A DNA stretch of 64,000 nucleotides, taken from assembly GCF_964194025.1 (NCBI RefSeq), contig NC_134474.1, positions 18,352,001 through 18,416,000 of the forward strand, written 5' to 3'. The position numbers were made by a program, and so were the translations under genes. The notes beneath the pieces were generated by a model. The model made no database searches and was not told where the DNA came from. It saw only the letters and a program-made list of their open reading frames with translations. This DNA is from Convolutriloba macropyga (lineage: Eukaryota). Of the stretch, positions 24,372 through 32,559 are shown in pieces (the stretch's first letter is position 1; each line of letters opens with the position of its first letter).

Positions 24372-24875
24372 ATGGACTTTGGTTCCAATTCAAAAAGATT
24401 TGGGAGATTTACTATGTCCCAGATTTCAAGAAACGGACAACTTTATACTGAACCAACCTTCCAAGTCTTTAGAAAAGACAATTCTGGAACTTTTGAAAAG
24501 TACCAGCAACTGCGAATTGGAGACTATGAGTTTAAGAAATTCTGCTTCCTCAAGGAGGATCTTCTCAATGGAGAACTGGAGATGAGAGAAAACCAAACCC
24601 AATTCGACAAAAACATAGGAATGGAACACGTGCTGGAACAGTGTCACAAAGTGAGAGAGATTAGCATTGGACGAAATCGCAGACTCTATGTTACTTTCCT
24701 CCAATACATCAAGGACAACCCGGCTTCAACTTATGTACAAATTCGACTTTTTAGTCGAAAGGAGAACAACGAGTTCAAACAAGTGACTTATGTCAGCTAC
24801 TCTCTGGATGAATTGAAGGAGTTGATACAAAATCTGAAGGACTTTTCTAATATTCAACAATGTACATTTCAATAA
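24372..24875 (+). CDS. Accessory protein with probable tandem PC4-like domains (the original start may be 24276, now cut by an in-frame TAA at 24330)
   Basis: Repeated pattern FQVFRK...QLRIGDYEFKKF and VQIRLFSRK...VSYSLDELKELI. Confidence 0.7.
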   Translation: MDFGSNSKRFGRFTMSQISRNGQLYTEPTFQVFRKDNSGTFEKYQQLRIGDYEFKKFCFLKEDLLNGELEMRENQTQFDKNIGMEHVLEQCHKVREISIGRNRRLYVTFLQYIKDNPASTYVQIRLFSRKENNEFKQVTYVSYSLDELKELIQNLKDFSNIQQCTFQ

Positions 24876-24950
24876 ATGTGTAATTTTATAATGTATTTGT
24901 CTTTTTAATTCATACTATTTGAATCATTTTTCTTTTTTTTCAAACTGAAA

Positions 24951-25346
24951 ATGAGTTGGAATATTGGTTCCTCCAGAAATATTTTTCTGAGTCTAAGAAA
25001 TAAATCTAAAGTATTCCACGTTAGACTTCACTACGAACTAAAAAAGTCTTCTTATACAGTTCTTGAAGCTCTAAATTTTCCCAAAATTGATAAACTTGAC
25101 AGTGAGTCCAATTTCTCAGAACTAAAGTGGGTTATTCATAACGGATTACGACGCACTACTTTAATATATCAATCTGATAAACACGAAATTTCCATTTCAC
25201 AACATCGTTGTAACGGAGTTCAATGGAGTTTTTTGACAAAAATTGAACTAAAAAAGGAGGAATACAAAAAATTATTGGAACATCTTCCTGACCTCCTTTC
25301 TTATGTAGAGACTTTCAAAAAGACCAGTATCACTTTAGATAAATAA
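24951..25346 (+). CDS. Accessory protein, 131 aa, with PC4-like C-terminal half
   Basis: ISISQHR...TKIELKKEEYKKLLEHLPDL. Confidence 0.6.
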   Translation: MSWNIGSSRNIFLSLRNKSKVFHVRLHYELKKSSYTVLEALNFPKIDKLDSESNFSELKWVIHNGLRRTTLIYQSDKHEISISQHRCNGVQWSFLTKIELKKEEYKKLLEHLPDLLSYVETFKKTSITLDK

Positions 25347-25358
25347 AGAAAACAATTG

Positions 25359-25763
25359 ATGGATATTGTCACACTTCTAAACATTTTTAATTGTTACAGT
25401 AGTATTTTTCCAATGTTTCCCAACAACGAAAAACGAAAAAACTGTTTCCTGGCTGCATGTAAAATTTGGGATCAAAACATTAATTTGGAGGAAATTGACC
25501 AAAACTTCCCCCACGGAGGACTTATTGGATACGGTAATTCAATTCTGGACTTTTTCCTAGCAAGATCGAAAGTGTTTCGTTTACATGCAATTTTACACGA
25601 TTCTGCTGGAGCGGTTAAAGCAACTACAAACCAAGGACCGGGTTATTGTTACATGTTACCTCAATTTCCGAGCTCATGTCTCTTGGGTCACATTACTGGT
25701 CTGTTCTTTTGTATCTTTATAAAAATTTGTCATCCACGTATTTTCAAAATGCTAGACTGTTGA
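25359..25763 (+). CDS. Small protein with HD dyad, possibly phospholipase A2-like
   Basis: HGGLIGYG...LHAILHDSAG...GPGYCY...GHITG; the family assignment is tentative. Confidence 0.55.
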   Translation: MDIVTLLNIFNCYSSIFPMFPNNEKRKNCFLAACKIWDQNINLEEIDQNFPHGGLIGYGNSILDFFLARSKVFRLHAILHDSAGAVKATTNQGPGYCYMLPQFPSSCLLGHITGLFFCIFIKICHPRIFKMLDC

Positions 25764-25795
25764 TCATTTTTTGAAAAATCATCCCAGAAGAAAGA

Positions 25796-26261
25796 ATGCC
25801 TCTCGTTGTACTAGACATTGAATGCTTAGAAGGAAAAATTATCAAAGAGTTGGGAATCTTTAAGGACGGAATTGTACTTGGATACAGTTTTCTCCCACCT
25901 AAAGACTACAAGCCGACTTTTCAAGCAAAATGGAATACAAAAAATATGCACGGTAAAAATTGGAACCATGGAAAGCTTGATTATTCTGAGTTGGCTTTTA
26001 TTATACATCAACATTGCTCACCAACAACAGAGTACTTTGCTAAAGGACTTGAAAAATGCAAAATTTTATCACCCTACTTGTGTAAGGATGTGGAAAATCT
26101 TGATGATCTTGGTTGTCCGAAGGCTTCCAAACTATTAGAAAACAAGGATGTTGAATGGAATTGCAGCAACTACCCCTATCGACACAAGAAGACTTCATTG
26201 TGCAGAAAAGAAGGCTTACGTTTATGGGATATGGACTTTAAATTTTTTTGATAATATTTAA
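25796..26261 (+). pseudogene. DEDD-family 3'-5' exonuclease-like protein with probable frameshift near 26192
   Basis: Motif I VVLDIEC...IKELG, plus FAKGLEK and NLDDLGCP. The alternative frame continues LHCAEKKAYVYGIWTLNFFDNI* (stop 26259-26261). Confidence 0.65.
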
Positions 26262-26332
26262 TGTTTGTATTTGTGATTGTAATTTATCATTTTTATTTGT
26301 AATTTTTTTTCCTCTGAAATTAGTATAAGAGA

Positions 26333-26587
26333 ATGAGTTGGTCAAAAAATATCTACAAATACTGTGTTCCCATACTTTATTATTCTTTCATAGTCTTGCT
26401 CCTAACTTTGGTACTTTTTTCAATTTTGATGCTTTTTCTCACTGATTCATCTGAGGGAACAATAATTTGGTTGTGTGTTATGTTTAGTTCACTTATCTTT
26501 TTATTAATTTTTGGCATTTTTTTCGTTGTTTACGTTTCAATTCAGTTGCACAGTTCCTTTATCCCTAGGGAAGAAGATAGCGTATAA
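26333..26587 (+). CDS. Small two-TM membrane protein, 84 aa
   Basis: Two long hydrophobic stretches; the stop abuts the next ATG (TAAATG). Confidence 0.6.
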   Translation: MSWSKNIYKYCVPILYYSFIVLLLTLVLFSILMLFLTDSSEGTIIWLCVMFSSLIFLLIFGIFFVVYVSIQLHSSFIPREEDSV

Positions 26588-26851
26588 ATGACTGATCACA
26601 CTGATAAGGGGCTTCAATTAGGTAATTTTGTCTTTGATGACAATAATCAAGAACGTCAATCTTGGAAATGTTTTGGACAGACGTGTAACCGGTCTTTAGT
26701 AGTTTTTTTGTCCCAGTTCTTTGTCATACTATTGATTTTAGCTTGTTGTATCGTAAGAATTACATTAGCTGAGACTTGTGAGGAGACAACAGTTTGGATC
26801 GCCATTTTGTCGAGTACAGTTGGATATATTTTACCTTCTCCAAAATTATGA
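26588..26851 (+). CDS. Small two-TM protein of a type often found next to the Polinton ATPase, 87 aa
   Basis: VVFLSQFFVILLIL...WIAILSSTVGYILPSPKL; ATGA overlap with the ATPase. Confidence 0.75.
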   Translation: MTDHTDKGLQLGNFVFDDNNQERQSWKCFGQTCNRSLVVFLSQFFVILLILACCIVRITLAETCEETTVWIAILSSTVGYILPSPKL

Positions 26852-27723
26852 ACAAAATAATTTCCACGAAGGAACGAGTTTTTATTTCATTGGTTGGACC
26901 AAGTGGATCTGGGAAATCCCAACTCATCCGTGATTGGTTAGTTTTTGGAACTTTTCAACCAGAATTTGACAAAATTTACTATTTTTATCAACACTATCAA
27001 TCTCTTTACGGACTAATGTCAAAAAATATAAAACACATTGAGTTCGTTCAAGGTGTTGATTTTGAGTTGATACAAAATTTACCTAATAATGGAACAAAGT
27101 ATTTACTTATTTTTGATGACTCTTGTGAAGAAATTTCTAGTTCTAAAGAATTTGTAAAAATAGCAACTGCTGGTAGACATAAAGGTTTAAGTACAGTGTA
27201 CATAAAGCACAATCTCTTTCATCAAAGTCGACTAGGAAGGGATATTGAACTACAGAACACCCATATTGTTTTATTCAAATCACCCAGAGACGTCTTACAA
27301 ATAAACACGCTCAGTCAACAGTTGGGATTGGGATCTCAACTAAAAGACTGGTATACCACAGCAACTTCAGTTCCCTATGGTCATTTACTTATTGACTTGA
27401 CTCCAAAAACAGTCGACTCTCTGAGATACTGTACTAACAGTGGTTCAACACCATCTTTATTTTTCCTACCTCAAAGCAAGCAACAGATTACATTTTTGAA
27501 CGATGAGCACACAACATCTCTCTACTCTGATCGCGTTCCAGAAATATTCCCAGAGCTTCAAAATAACTTTTCTCAAAAATTGTCCCAAAGACTTTATCCA
27601 GTTTCTAAACGAGTGCATAGTAAACCTTCTAAGAGGAGAGCTAAAAGAAATTCAAAAACAAGAAGTTTTAAAGTTCAGAGAAGAAATTCATCTTCTTATT
27701 TTAAAAAGAACAAGCCTCAGTAA
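26848..27723 (+). CDS. A32/FtsK-HerA-type genome packaging ATPase
   Basis: Walker A GPSGSGKS, Walker B LLIFDD, GRH and NTHIVLFKSPRD; ATG at 26848. Confidence 0.93.
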   Translation: MNKIISTKERVFISLVGPSGSGKSQLIRDWLVFGTFQPEFDKIYYFYQHYQSLYGLMSKNIKHIEFVQGVDFELIQNLPNNGTKYLLIFDDSCEEISSSKEFVKIATAGRHKGLSTVYIKHNLFHQSRLGRDIELQNTHIVLFKSPRDVLQINTLSQQLGLGSQLKDWYTTATSVPYGHLLIDLTPKTVDSLRYCTNSGSTPSLFFLPQSKQQITFLNDEHTTSLYSDRVPEIFPELQNNFSQKLSQRLYPVSKRVHSKPSKRRAKRNSKTRSFKVQRRNSSSYFKKNKPQ

Positions 27724-27805
27724 AAGAAGACAGATTCTGAGTTCCAAAAAAGGTATCAGTCTTATATCAATTTTAACTCCGTCAATCATTAATCGTCTCT
27801 CTTGA
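27503..27805 (+). CDS. Small Polinton ORF of unknown function overlapping the ATPase tail, 100 aa
   Basis: IQFLNECIVNLLRG...KRRQIL...G.SLISIL resembles a recurring Maverick ORF; ATG start. Confidence 0.7.
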   Translation: MSTQHLSTLIAFQKYSQSFKITFLKNCPKDFIQFLNECIVNLLRGELKEIQKQEVLKFREEIHLLILKRTSLSKRRQILSSKKGISLISILTPSIINRLS

Positions 27806-27806
27806 A

Positions 27807-28214
27807 ATGGATCAGTTTGTTTTGATTCCTCAACAACTTTATGATCAAAAAATCAGGTTATCACCTCAAAAATTGGACAAATATAACGAAAAACAGGATT
27901 CGGTTCCAAAAAATTTGGAAACTGTTTATAGAAAAGTTAACGCTAAAACAAAGTCTTCTAGCAACGAATCACTTATCAATGAAATTTTAAATTCACCTCG
28001 CATTAAACTATCCCTATCTGACTCCATTTTGTTAGACGGAAGAGATACAAACGTTGCATTTGTCGATTTTGTATACGCTCTGAAGAAGAAAAACGTTGAA
28101 TGTCCCGATATTTATTACACAATTCTTGACGCAATCGGCATAAATCCACATAAAATTTTAAACAAAGATGCCAAAAGCAAAGAACGAGGAAGCTGGATCC
28201 CTTTCCAAATCTGA
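27807..28214 (+). CDS. Polinton ORF of unknown function upstream of the integrase, 135 aa
   Basis: Packed ORF (MDQFVLIP...SW) between overlapping neighbours. Confidence 0.7.
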   Translation: MDQFVLIPQQLYDQKIRLSPQKLDKYNEKQDSVPKNLETVYRKVNAKTKSSSNESLINEILNSPRIKLSLSDSILLDGRDTNVAFVDFVYALKKKNVECPDIYYTILDAIGINPHKILNKDAKSKERGSWIPFQI

Positions 28215-29109
28215 AAAAGCCAAGCTACAGAGGTTGTACAGGGAAGGAAAAGCCGCATATGGTTCAATTCAAAACCTTCAGAAAGCTAGTGGGTTGTCAA
28301 AGAAGAAGGTTACTGATTTTTTATACAGAAAGAATTCTTACACTAAGTTTAGACGAGCAATTCGACATTTCAAAAGATTACCTGCTTTTGCAAAACGTAT
28401 CAATGAGATTTGGTGCCTTGATTTGGCTTTTATGGATAAACTGTCTGAATTTAATAACGGTGTGAAATACTTATTGATATGTGTTGACGTCTTTTCTCGC
28501 CTGGTCCGTGTTCAATCAATGAAGTCAAAATATGCCTCTGATGCTGTAGCTGCCTTTAAAAAAATGTTAAGGAAGAACACTAAACCTGATAGAGTTTGGG
28601 TTGATCAAGGTACTGAGTTCGGGGGAGAATTCAAAAATTTTTGCAAGAGTAAAAACATCAAAATCTACTCTACAAGAAGTGAAAGAAAAGCTGCTGTAGC
28701 AGAAAGAGCAATTAGATCTTTAAAAAACATTATTTATCGCTACATGGAGGAAAACGGCGATAAATACGTTCACAAAATGGATAGTTTTGTTAACACTATG
28801 AATACAAGAGTTAACAGATCTATAGGTAAATCACCCAAAAACGTTAAAAATTCAGATTTTTTGTCAATTTTTTACAAAAACCCTATTATTGAGTACAAAA
28901 AACCACGCTTTAGAATTGAAGACAAAGTTCGAATATCCAAGTACGATATCCCATTTAGAAAAGGTTACAAGTCTCAATTCACAAGTGAAATTTTTGAAAT
29001 TGTTAAAATTGGGACTTTAAAACCACCAACCTATAACCTTCATGGAGAACAAGGTGATGAAATTCTAGGCAAATTTTATGAACAAGAGCTTGCAAAGTGT
29101 ATCATTTAG
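28168..29109 (+). CDS. int: Retroviral-like (rve) DDE integrase, no evident C-terminal chromodomain
   Basis: WCLDLAFM, CVDVFSR, VDQGTEF, AERAIRSLK, FRKGY and FYEQEL; consistent with the 6-bp TSD. Confidence 0.95.
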   Translation: MPKAKNEEAGSLSKSEKAKLQRLYREGKAAYGSIQNLQKASGLSKKKVTDFLYRKNSYTKFRRAIRHFKRLPAFAKRINEIWCLDLAFMDKLSEFNNGVKYLLICVDVFSRLVRVQSMKSKYASDAVAAFKKMLRKNTKPDRVWVDQGTEFGGEFKNFCKSKNIKIYSTRSERKAAVAERAIRSLKNIIYRYMEENGDKYVHKMDSFVNTMNTRVNRSIGKSPKNVKNSDFLSIFYKNPIIEYKKPRFRIEDKVRISKYDIPFRKGYKSQFTSEIFEIVKIGTLKPPTYNLHGEQGDEILGKFYEQELAKCII

Positions 29110-29111
29110 AT

Positions 29112-29924
29112 ATGAATTCTTTTACTGTAGAGTTGGTTTCGAATGCTTCCTTTGATTGTTATCCAAATAATACATTAAGTTCTTTTACAAACTTTCTTCC
29201 GGAACAAATTAATCTCGAAGGAGAATGGGAGGTTGCAATTACAGAACTATCTTATCCTTCCTTGTACCAAAACATCACGGAAGGGAAATTTTTCTATCTA
29301 GATGAAGCAACACCGAATACAAAACCATCAGACTATTACACACTTGATCCAGGTCTATATCCTTCGATCTCTGATATTGTAAACGAAATGAACAAAAAAG
29401 TTCAAGAACGAGAAAAGTATGAAAAAACACCAATCAGATTACACGTTAACAAAATTACACAGCGAATTTCTTTGAGTCTTCCCAATGAGAATTCTTTACT
29501 TGTTATATTTAGTGCTGATCTTTGTCATGTCTTTGGATGTGAAGAAGCTGTTTATGGGATGGGTGTTTTCATGAGTGGTGCTGGTCCACATTTTCCCAAG
29601 TTTCCTTATGACATTGTACGAATACATACATTGATGATATATAGTGATATTGTTGAATACAACATTGTGGGTGATACAAAAGCTGCTCTTTTACGATGCA
29701 TTCCTTTTATATCAAAGGTTAAGAATGGAGACATCATCTCAACTGGCCAATACATGAATTATCAAAATTTTCCAAACCTACAGTTTAAAAAAATTCTGAA
29801 AAATTCATTCCACAGCATAAAATTAGAGCTCCGAGACTCTTATGGTGAAAAAGTACCTTTCAACTCTGTTGGAGTAACTAGAGCAGTACTAATGTTTAGA
29901 AAAACTTCTGAAAATCATTTTTAG
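29112..29924 (+). CDS. Minor capsid protein (penton, single jelly-roll)
   Basis: FTVELVSNAS..YPNNTLSSF...GEWEVAI and IYSDIVE..IVGD..A.LLR...IKLELRD..G. Confidence 0.88.
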   Translation: MNSFTVELVSNASFDCYPNNTLSSFTNFLPEQINLEGEWEVAITELSYPSLYQNITEGKFFYLDEATPNTKPSDYYTLDPGLYPSISDIVNEMNKKVQEREKYEKTPIRLHVNKITQRISLSLPNENSLLVIFSADLCHVFGCEEAVYGMGVFMSGAGPHFPKFPYDIVRIHTLMIYSDIVEYNIVGDTKAALLRCIPFISKVKNGDIISTGQYMNYQNFPNLQFKKILKNSFHSIKLELRDSYGEKVPFNSVGVTRAVLMFRKTSENHF

Positions 29925-29941
29925 AATTAAGACTGTAAAAA

Positions 29942-30298
29942 ATGGTTGCTGATAGTGATTTACCGTATTTTCGCGGATATGCCAGACAAAGGGGTAGGGG
30001 ATTTGGAGCTTTAGCGCAAAGAATTGGGAGGACAGCAATTCCGTTTTTGAGACGATATGTCGTCCCAGCAGCAAAAAGAGTGGGAGCTGATTTAATTGAA
30101 ATGGCTGCTCCTGAAATTGGAAATGTTTTAACTGGGAAGAAAAAACTCAAATCTGTCGCTGCTGATGTTGGAAAGAAAACTTTACGTAAACAGCTAGGTG
30201 CAGGAAAAACAAGAAAACGTCGCATTATTCGTAGATCACCTCCAAAAATCAGTCGACGTCGTCGAACGAGAAAAGATATATTTGCTAATCTAAAATGA
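29942..30298 (+). CDS. Basic pVII-like core protein with protease-type G-x-G sites
   Basis: RQRGRGFG, QLGAG and an Arg-rich tail; located between the minor and major capsid genes. Confidence 0.82.
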   Translation: MVADSDLPYFRGYARQRGRGFGALAQRIGRTAIPFLRRYVVPAAKRVGADLIEMAAPEIGNVLTGKKKLKSVAADVGKKTLRKQLGAGKTRKRRIIRRSPPKISRRRRTRKDIFANLK

Positions 30299-31623
30299 AT
30301 TCTAGATCAACAAACGATTCCAATTTTCGATATGGACACTTTACAAACTCTTGCTTGGAGATTTTTGACAAAATTCCTGTTTTGGAACCAATTGAGTCTT
30401 CTCATGTTCAAGAAGTTTATCCTAGTACTTCACTGGATGAAAGCAGCATTGAATTTGAATTTGAAACAGATAGAAGCATCTATCTTGATATGAGAGATAT
30501 CCACCTTCAAATCAAAGTTGGACTACAAAAGGGAAGATTGTTTGATGACTTTATGAAAAAAGATGAGCATGGAAAACCAGATATGGGTATGTCTTTCACA
30601 GATGAAGATTTACATTATCTAACTCATGTCAACAATATTTTACACTCACTCTTCTCCAACTGTGAAGTGTATCTGAACAATCAACAAGTGTGCAACTCAA
30701 ATGGTCTCTATGGACACAAAGCTTTAATTTCCAATGAATTTAATGCTTCAACGAGAAATAATGAAGGCATTTTGGCTTGTCATGGATACGAATTTGAAAA
30801 AGAACCTAGTGATTATGAGAAGAGCCCGTTTATAGACCGAGAGGAAGAACTTCTGCTGAAAAATGGAAGCACTTACTACGGTAAATTAGCTATTGACCTG
30901 TTTCAATGTGAAAAGTTACTGCTTCCAAATACAAAAGTAAGATTGAAATTGATTCGTGCAAGACCTAATTTTTACATGATTTCCTACAATCCTCACGTTT
31001 CCCTTAAGGTTCTTGACTGTTCCTTATTTACACGACGCGTGGTTGTTAACGAAGTGTATCACCAGACTATCAAATACCAATTAACTCATCAACCTGCTTG
31101 TTACAACTTTATGGAAACCATTGCACGTACATTTATTATTCCCTCAGGACAGAACCAGTTTATTCAGGAAAATGTTTTTAACAATGCTCCAATCAGAAGA
31201 GTAGCTATTGCGATGAACACCAATTCGGCATTCACAGGACATTTTCAAGAAAATCCTTTCCATTATCAGAAATTTGGTTTGCGAGAACTTAGAATTGTTC
31301 GCGGAGGTAGAGCTATTGTATCGCTTGATACAATTAATGACTGTAGAGCATACGTAACAACAATGAAAGCAATGAATTTTAACAAGGAAATTCCTGCGTT
31401 ACCGAATCATCAGTTTCAGAACCACTACATACTTGTATTCGATCTCACTTCACTTCAAGATGCTGGCGAAAATGTTCATTATCCTGAACTCAGTGGTGAA
31501 AGTATTCGATTGGAAATGTTTTTTGATCGTTCACTAAGAAACGTAACAGAAATCATTGTTCTGGGAGAAAGGATGTCCACTGTCAAAATTGATCAGTTTG
31601 GGACTGTTGCTAAAAATGTCTAA
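30295..31623 (+). CDS. Major capsid protein (double jelly-roll), 442 aa
   Basis: IEF...YLDM...NNILHSLFSNCEVYLN, LLLPN.KVRLKL.R, F.G....NPF.Y and FDLT motifs; size and synteny fit. Confidence 0.9.
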   Translation: MNSRSTNDSNFRYGHFTNSCLEIFDKIPVLEPIESSHVQEVYPSTSLDESSIEFEFETDRSIYLDMRDIHLQIKVGLQKGRLFDDFMKKDEHGKPDMGMSFTDEDLHYLTHVNNILHSLFSNCEVYLNNQQVCNSNGLYGHKALISNEFNASTRNNEGILACHGYEFEKEPSDYEKSPFIDREEELLLKNGSTYYGKLAIDLFQCEKLLLPNTKVRLKLIRARPNFYMISYNPHVSLKVLDCSLFTRRVVVNEVYHQTIKYQLTHQPACYNFMETIARTFIIPSGQNQFIQENVFNNAPIRRVAIAMNTNSAFTGHFQENPFHYQKFGLRELRIVRGGRAIVSLDTINDCRAYVTTMKAMNFNKEIPALPNHQFQNHYILVFDLTSLQDAGENVHYPELSGESIRLEMFFDRSLRNVTEIIVLGERMSTVKIDQFGTVAKNV

Positions 31624-31726
31624 TAATTTTTCATCATTTTTTCATTTTTATGTACTTTGTTGGAACATTTGTGGGCTTAACCTCTCTATCTAGTTGCTGT
31701 TCTCTACATCAATTGTTAATTAACTA

Positions 31727-31987
31727 ATGGATGTGGATGTGAACTGGGGTAGACTAACTTCAAATATATATATTTATATTCCTTTGCTAATTTTCCTTGG
31801 ACTTTTTATAATTATTGTTTTGTTTCATCCCAGCACCCAGAACGAAACGGTTGACAAAATCACAAAATCCAAAGATTGTTGCTTCTCTCAACAGAACGAA
31901 AACTTTCAACTTGATTGCTCTGTCAGGAATCCTTGTACAAACGGAGCTTGTGAGATAAAGAAAAGAAAACTTATTTGTCATGGATAA
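31727..31987 (+). CDS. Small signal-anchor protein with Cys-rich, EGF-like tail, 86 aa
   Basis: Hydrophobic N-terminal segment followed by CC...CSVRNPCTNGACE...IC. Confidence 0.55.
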   Translation: MDVDVNWGRLTSNIYIYIPLLIFLGLFIIIVLFHPSTQNETVDKITKSKDCCFSQQNENFQLDCSVRNPCTNGACEIKKRKLICHG

Positions 31988-32375
31988 CACCTCACTTCGT
32001 GACATTATTGAACGTATTCCAGAGCTTAAATTCCGGTATATTGGATCCTTTCCAGCAGATTTTGTCCCAAATTTGCCCAAATTTAGTTTTGCAATCATCA
32101 ACACTTCTCCAAGCAGTGAAGCTGGTGAACATTGGATAATGATTGGTCGCCTCAATAGAAACTATTACTATGCGGATTCTCTAGCACGATCAATCACACA
32201 TTACAAATTTTTGAATAAAAAGTATCAGAAAATGATACAGAGTCCACTCCAGAAAATGGAAAACTTGTGTGGGTTCTACACTATTTATGCTGCTTTTCAT
32301 CTGTTTAAATTTTTACAAACAAACTTGAACAATGTTCATGATGTGCATGTACTAAATTTTATTAATTATATGTAA
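31980..32375 (+). CDS. Adenain-like cysteine protease
   Basis: IINT...GEHW, YADS and Q..Q...CGFY catalytic motifs. Confidence 0.92.
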   Translation: MDNTSLRDIIERIPELKFRYIGSFPADFVPNLPKFSFAIINTSPSSEAGEHWIMIGRLNRNYYYADSLARSITHYKFLNKKYQKMIQSPLQKMENLCGFYTIYAAFHLFKFLQTNLNNVHDVHVLNFINYM

Positions 32376-32559
32376 ATTTGATTACTGGGGTATACGCAAA
32401 GCTGGTGCCCAATAAAGTCGACATTAGTTTTTAACATTTGTACCTTTTACTCAGTTAGCTACGCAAGTTTTTCCTTTTTGTCGACTTTATTAACCCACTC
32501 GGCTAAGTGTACCTTGATGTTCATTGAAATTTATACAATTTATTGTAAATGATTGAGTA

